DNA of 64,000 nucleotides from assembly GCA_963677925.2 (NCBI GenBank), contig CAXXYH010000003.1, positions 1,408,001 to 1,472,000 of the forward strand. Direction: 5' to 3'. The notes beneath the pieces were generated by a model. It searched no databases and had not been told where the DNA came from. It saw only the letters and a list, made by a program, of their open reading frames with translations. This stretch comes from Spirochaetia bacterium. Lineage in GTDB: Bacteria; Spirochaetota; Spirochaetia; UBA9216. Made by a program: the position numbers and the translations under genes. Positions 59,084-64,000 of this stretch are shown piece by piece; the first letter of the stretch is position 1; the number at the start of each line of letters is the position of its first letter.

Positions 59084-60243
59084 TTTTCCCCCAGTAATTT
59101 CATGTAGATTGATTCAATCTGTTCTTTAGAAAGCTCAATTGGATTATTATCCATTAGACGTCTATTCTGGTATGCATTCTCAACCAGTGCCGGAATATCT
59201 GCTGCTGTCACATTGAAGGCAGCCAGCGATGATATGATTTCGAGATCCTTCAGCAGCTGATGCAGTTCTCTTGTCAGATATTCAACCGGGTCAATTTCAG
59301 TATTGGTATTATCATATCCGAAACATTCTGCAACCAGAGTGGTTTTTGCAATATCAGCTGTAAGATTTATTTCCATGACAGACGGCAGCAGCATAGCATT
59401 TGCCTGACCGTGCGGAATATGAAATACAGTACCAAGCGGGTAGGACATGGCATGAACCGCATTGGTACCGGAAAGAGATATACACATCCCTGCAAAATTT
59501 GATGCTATGAGCATATTCCACCTGGCTTCAAGATCATCACTGTTTTTGAAAGCTTTTCTTAGGTTTTGAGCAATACGCTTTATGGAATCCAGAGCAAGCA
59601 GGTCACTCATGCTGTTCGCTTTCACAGACAGAAAGCACTCAATCGCGTGGCAAAGAGCATCCATTCCGGTAGTTGCAGTTATCCCTGAGGGTAATGTTGT
59701 TGTTAGAACCGGATCCAGAAATACAAGGTCCGGCAGAAGTCTTCCGCTGATCACCGCCGATTTAGTACCTCTGTCAGGAATTGCAATTATAGAATTTTTT
59801 GTAGCTTCAGAGCCGGTACCGGCTGTGGTGGGTATCAGGGCTGTAAATACGGAATGTTCCGGAACATCAGCACCATCAAGCAGCTGGAGAACATTTTTGT
59901 CCGAATGAATCAGTACTGATAAAAGTTTTCCAATATCAAGAACTGAACCGCCGCCTATTGCTACAACACCATCAGGCTTATAGGCTTTTGCTTTTTCTAC
60001 AACGGCATCTACATCAGGAACACCCGGTTCTCTTGGAATATCAGTGTAAGAATCAACTGATATACCTGATTTTGAGAGATATCCAAGAATCTTTTCTCCA
60101 ATTCCGGAATTTACAATTCCGGAATCCATTATCAGAAAAATCCTTTTCTTTGCGTATGAATCGAGGATCCGGCCTATTTCCTTACTCGATTCTGCTCCGG
60201 AAATTGTTCTTCCCGAAGCATTAAAGTCAAAATTATTATTCAT
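59080..60243 (-). CDS. Iron-containing alcohol dehydrogenase
   Basis: Start MNNNF at 60243. GGGSVLD, PTTAGTGSE, DALCHAIE, HAMSY, PHG. Confidence 0.93.
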   Translation of the reverse strand: MNNNFDFNASGRTISGAESSKEIGRILDSYAKKRIFLIMDSGIVNSGIGEKILGYLSKSGISVDSYTDIPREPGVPDVDAVVEKAKAYKPDGVVAIGGGSVLDIGKLLSVLIHSDKNVLQLLDGADVPEHSVFTALIPTTAGTGSEATKNSIIAIPDRGTKSAVISGRLLPDLVFLDPVLTTTLPSGITATTGMDALCHAIECFLSVKANSMSDLLALDSIKRIAQNLRKAFKNSDDLEARWNMLIASNFAGMCISLSGTNAVHAMSYPLGTVFHIPHGQANAMLLPSVMEINLTADIAKTTLVAECFGYDNTNTEIDPVEYLTRELHQLLKDLEIISSLAAFNVTAADIPALVENAYQNRRLMDNNPIELSKEQIESIYMKLLGEK

Positions 60244-61513
60244 TACCAGCTCTCCGTAATTTATTCGACAAATATAACAATATTTTTTCAAAGGCGTCCT
60301 GCTCACCATATGATCCAGCCTTTGTAATAATCAGAATCTCACGTCCGCTTACCGGATGTACCGCTATAGCAACAGGAATACCAGGCAGAGCTTCATCGAC
60401 CAGCTGAAGATAGTTGATATTAAGCTGTTTGAGGATATGCAATGCTGTGTCTCCGCCTGAAAGCAGAAAGACATCGATCCCGCTTTCTTCCAGCAGTCTT
60501 TTCACTGAATTCCCGGCAACCGAACCTATTTTACCTGAGTCAATAACCATATTCTCACTGCAGGATTCACTCTCGGTTTTAAGAATGACAATGTTATTTT
60601 TTTCAAAATCAGACTTAATCTTATGAACTATTTTCTTAACCTCACTCTCCGGCGAATTTATCGCTCCGGAAGTTGACAGGATTGTACTCTCCGCTTTAAC
60701 TCTGTTTTCCAGCCATTCAGTCTGCCGTAAAGTTGTGTCCATTAGACTTCCAATCATAAATAGAAATCTGTAATCATCATTAAGTTTTATTATGGCAGGT
60801 GGCAGCGTTTTATAGACATCATCGAACATAGCATGATACAGGCCTGCTGCACCCACAAAAAGAACTTTTCTATGAATTGAAGCGAATGCGTCTTTTACCA
60901 TCCTCAGGTCTTCAACATTTTCTGAATCTGCAATGATAATCCTGGTATCATTGTCCATCATTTTCAAAATGTGCCTGTTTAAGCTCTGTGGAGTTGTTCT
61001 TATCTGTTCAAGCATTAAATTGTCAATTTCCCTGTTTGTCTGGCAGGATATTATATATTTCACGTCAGAACTTTTTACGGGAGTGAATGGATCACTGCTT
61101 ATTTCTGTTTCAGCAAGGGGTGTACCGTTGATAAAACACTTTCCGGAAACCACAGTTCTTCCGTTTCTAGGGGCAGCAGGCGCAACACAGACAAGATCAA
61201 AGCCTTTTCCGTCAATCATGGCATCTATTTCTGCCCCGACATTACCCCGAAGAGTTGAATCAATTTTTTTAAAGACTTCTACACCTTCTTCTGAATACTG
61301 TTTTACAGTTCTCAGAACTTTTGAATATGCATCCTTACTTGATAACATTCTGGTATTAGTATTTACGACTAGAGTACCTTCGTTTTGACCCGGAAATGCT
61401 CCGTCTGAATCTGCAACAACTCCTACAGATTTATCAAGTGATAAAAAATGAATTCCAGTGTCGTTAGCGCCGGTTAGATCATCAGCAATGATAAGTCGTT
61501 TATAATTATTCAT
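60236..61513 (-). CDS. Four-carbon acid sugar kinase (DUF1537, DtnK/DenK family)
   Basis: IIADDLTGANDTG, KKIDSTLRGN, DPFTPV, SGGDTA, TKAGSYG. Confidence 0.93.
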   Translation of the reverse strand: MNNYKRLIIADDLTGANDTGIHFLSLDKSVGVVADSDGAFPGQNEGTLVVNTNTRMLSSKDAYSKVLRTVKQYSEEGVEVFKKIDSTLRGNVGAEIDAMIDGKGFDLVCVAPAAPRNGRTVVSGKCFINGTPLAETEISSDPFTPVKSSDVKYIISCQTNREIDNLMLEQIRTTPQSLNRHILKMMDNDTRIIIADSENVEDLRMVKDAFASIHRKVLFVGAAGLYHAMFDDVYKTLPPAIIKLNDDYRFLFMIGSLMDTTLRQTEWLENRVKAESTILSTSGAINSPESEVKKIVHKIKSDFEKNNIVILKTESESCSENMVIDSGKIGSVAGNSVKRLLEESGIDVFLLSGGDTALHILKQLNINYLQLVDEALPGIPVAIAVHPVSGREILIITKAGSYGEQDAFEKILLYLSNKLRRAGNE

Positions 61514-61526
61514 TTGTAGTTATTAG

Positions 61527-61543
61527 AGCTATAACTGTGCCAA
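61527..61543 (-). promoter_or_regulatory. sigma54 (-24/-12) promoter
   Basis: Minus strand TTGGCAC-AGTTA-TAGCT with correct GG-N10-GC spacing, facing a divergent sigma54 activator. Confidence 0.85.
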
Positions 61544-61615
61544 AAAAAATCAACAGCATTTGATTCTATAAATTATTACTATATAATGATTTAGTTATTG
61601 TAAAAAAACTTAAAC

Positions 61616-61632
61616 TGAAAATGAAGTTTTCA
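61616..61632. promoter_or_regulatory. Candidate upstream activator sequence
   Basis: TGAAAA-N5-TTTTCA about 100 bp upstream of the sigma54 start; further T-tract/CAC repeats to about 61672. Confidence 0.45.
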
Positions 61633-61715
61633 AGTGGTTATAATTTCACAGTTACTGATGATATTTTCACCACATTATTTCTACACCTTAGGAAAAATTC
61701 ATGATATTATGATAT

Positions 61716-63611
61716 ATGAAAATACTTATAGTAGCTCCCTATATCGAACTTGTAGAAACCTGCAAAACAGCACTCTCAAACCAGCCCTACGATATAAAAA
61801 TAATCCATGGTGATCTGCACACCGGATTACGATCAGCAATAGATGTTATTGAGAAAGAGAATATTGACATTATTATCAGCCGCGGAGGCACTGCAAATTT
61901 ACTGAAGAATAATCTATCAGTTCCGGTATTTGAAATCGAAGTATCAGGCTACGATCTTTTAAGAGCAATATATCCACATGTAAGAGCTGAGGAGAAGCTT
62001 GCAATTACCGGATTTAAAAACATAATCAGCGGAGCCAGAAGTATATCAAATATTCTGGGTATAAATCCGATATTCTATCAGATCGACCCCCAAACCGACA
62101 TTAAAAGCACAGTGATCAAAGCAAGAGAGGAAGGTGTTAAAGTTATTATCGGAGATACCATATCTGTATATACGGCAAGAGAAAATAGTATTGAAAGCTA
62201 TCTGGTACAATCAGGCCCCGAATCTATTCAAAGTGCTGTCGATTCAGCTGTAAGCTTTTATAACCATATGCAGAAAGAAATTCTGATAAATAAGCGTCTT
62301 GTCTCAATCATGGAGCATACAAGCCAGGGCGTAATATATCTTTCAACTGACAACCGGATAGAGATGCTGAATTCAAGAGCAGAAGAAATCCTTAAAATAC
62401 GCAGGAACAGGATTATCGGGGAATTATTCTCAAGCAAAGCTGTTCCGACAGGACTATCCAACTGCCTGGAAAAAAATATAAACAATCAATTAGTTACTCT
62501 CGATGATATGGATTACTTTGTTGAAATTCTTCCCATTTTAACTGACAGCATACATGCGGCAACTCTGATTTTTATTCAAAGTTCCGAACATATCAAAGAT
62601 ATTGAAGGAATTATAAGGCAGCAGCTGATAAGACGCGGCCTGGTGGCAAATTATAATTTCGACTCTATAATTGCTAAAAATTCAGGTTATAGAAATTCCA
62701 TTGAAAAAGCGAAATGCTACAGCAGCACAGATTCAACGGTTCTTCTGCTGGGAGAAACGGGTTCAGGCAAGGAAGTTTTCGCACAAAGCATTCACAACGC
62801 ATCTGTCAGAAAAAAAGGTCCATTTATAGCTGTAAATTGCGCAGCCCTTCCAGACAGCCTGCTTGAGAGTGAACTTTTCGGTTATGTAGAAGGTGCATTC
62901 ACTGGGGCGAAAAAAGGCGGCAAAGCCGGACTCTTTGAAATGGCACATAAAGGAACTATCTTTCTCGATGAAATTAATGATATGAGCAGTACTGTCCAGG
63001 CCAGACTTTTGAGAGTTCTGCAGGAAAAACAGGTCATGCGTATAGGAGATAACCGGGTATACGATGTCGACATCCGTATAATTGCAGCATGCAACAAAGA
63101 TCTGTTTGCCGAAACCGAAAAAGGAAATTTCAGAAAAGATCTTTATTACCGTCTTAAAATTCTGGATATCGAAATCGCACCGCTCAGGAAAAGACGTGAA
63201 GACATTCTTCCACTTTTCCATCACTTTATAATTCATTTCCGTAATAAATATTCACTTGATAATGCTGTAATTCCAGAGGATTTCCTTACTGCCATCCGGG
63301 AATATTCATGGCCCGGAAATATCAGACAGCTCAGGAATTTTGCAGAAAAGGTTTGCGTTCTGAATTCTCTGGACAGGGACAAGAAGCAGATTTTTCAGGA
63401 TCTGCTAAACGAATTAAAGATTGAAACATCAGAAAAACCAGAGCATTCGTATATAATGGAAGAAAGTGTAAAAATAGAACACAAAAGTCTGAAACAGATT
63501 GAATCCGAGCTCATCAGAAACATTTGGGAAAGAAATAACAGAAATACCTCCAAAACAGCCAGGGAGCTGGAAATTGACAGAGTTACCCTTAGAAAAAAGC
63601 TGAATCTATAG
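61716..63611 (+). CDS. PrpR-like sigma54-dependent activator (PrpR_N-PAS-AAA+-Fis HTH)
   Basis: [45 protein letters not shown]-terminal HTH. Confidence 0.96.
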   Translation: MKILIVAPYIELVETCKTALSNQPYDIKIIHGDLHTGLRSAIDVIEKENIDIIISRGGTANLLKNNLSVPVFEIEVSGYDLLRAIYPHVRAEEKLAITGFKNIISGARSISNILGINPIFYQIDPQTDIKSTVIKAREEGVKVIIGDTISVYTARENSIESYLVQSGPESIQSAVDSAVSFYNHMQKEILINKRLVSIMEHTSQGVIYLSTDNRIEMLNSRAEEILKIRRNRIIGELFSSKAVPTGLSNCLEKNINNQLVTLDDMDYFVEILPILTDSIHAATLIFIQSSEHIKDIEGIIRQQLIRRGLVANYNFDSIIAKNSGYRNSIEKAKCYSSTDSTVLLLGETGSGKEVFAQSIHNASVRKKGPFIAVNCAALPDSLLESELFGYVEGAFTGAKKGGKAGLFEMAHKGTIFLDEINDMSSTVQARLLRVLQEKQVMRIGDNRVYDVDIRIIAACNKDLFAETEKGNFRKDLYYRLKILDIEIAPLRKRREDILPLFHHFIIHFRNKYSLDNAVIPEDFLTAIREYSWPGNIRQLRNFAEKVCVLNSLDRDKKQIFQDLLNELKIETSEKPEHSYIMEESVKIEHKSLKQIESELIRNIWERNNRNTSKTARELEIDRVTLRKKLNL

Positions 63612-63696
63612 ATACAGCGTTTTAGCATTCATTCATTATATAAAGTAAAAATTTGCATTAGAAACATTTAAAATCATATAATTAGTTGAACAGCAA

Positions 63697-64000
63697 ATGA
63701 TTATGAAAAGAATCAACAATAAAATACTACTGCTTACCTTGTCCACTATGCTCGTAATTATCTTCATCTTTTCCTATGTCTCATTCAGATTCGCAAATAA
63801 CAAGGTGAATGAATTATATGACGATATAATTGGAAACAAAACAACACTCTGGAGCAATCATTTTGAAAATTTTCTTAAACAAAAAGAAGATTCTATAGAT
63901 ATTGTTAAATATATAATCGAAAAGAGGTTCAGCCTCGAAATACTTGAGGATCCTGATTTGCTGGAGGAAGAGTTTAACTACATTTCCGAAATAATGTCCT
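63697..64000 (+). CDS. Membrane-anchored sensor protein, 5' part (runs off the window)
   Basis: Read by hand: MIMKRINNKILLLTLSTMLVIIFIFSYVSFRF... open to the window end. One TM helix followed by a helical extracytoplasmic region. Confidence 0.65.
   Translation, partial: MIMKRINNKILLLTLSTMLVIIFIFSYVSFRFANNKVNELYDDIIGNKTTLWSNHFENFLKQKEDSIDIVKYIIEKRFSLEILEDPDLLEEEFNYISEIMS

Noticed and set aside
77-63628. Many 60-180 aa ORFs antisense to or nested in long genes (e.g. 26115-26654, 40130-40678, 55756-56244, 62763-63236, 45371-45667)
   Set aside because: Shadow frames of well-supported genes, with no recognisable motifs.
1-64000. tRNA, rRNA, CRISPR, IS, prophage or defence systems
   Set aside because: No cloverleaf, spaced repeats, or transposase, integrase or nuclease motifs seen; intergenic gaps are mostly under 350 bp.

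Overview
64 kb of bacterial chromosome dense in accessory metabolic and transport genes, mostly on the minus strand. Solute-binding-protein leaders such as 'YAGGAKEE' and 'SASGKQDD' suggest a free-living spirochaete (inference). No rRNA, tRNA, CRISPR array or transposase was seen. Blocks: (1) 1-12.9 kb, a redox/carbonyl-stress-type island under two near-identical MerR-type promoters (19-bp spacer). It holds DUF3737, MalY/PatB, DUF4405, exported flavodoxins, a frameshifted FGE-sulfatase-like gene, cyclophilin-like proteins and an aldo/keto reductase, and ends in an Ntn-hydrolase + adenylate ligase + ABC exporter trio. (2) 13-32 kb, glycoside utilisation: GH78, GH3, esterase, YesM/N-type two-component system, two sugar ABC systems, AraC. 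(3) 32-38 kb, uronate locus: DQH-type GH3 + HAD, DeoR, SDR, uxaC. (4) 38-44.5 kb, a Cache histidine kinase and a REC-DUF2294 regulator upstream of a riboswitch-like attenuator controlling an NhaC-family transporter and an amidohydrolase. (5) 46-63.6 kb, a sigma54/PrpR-type operon: DUF1537 kinase, Fe-ADH, PdxA2, DHDPS-like aldolase, BNR propeller, esterases, MFS, Dpp-type ABC. Its enzyme set fits a possibly undescribed route from a C7 2-keto-3-deoxy sugar diacid (e.g. Dha) to D-threonate and DHAP. All calls come from reading motifs by eye; no database searches were run.
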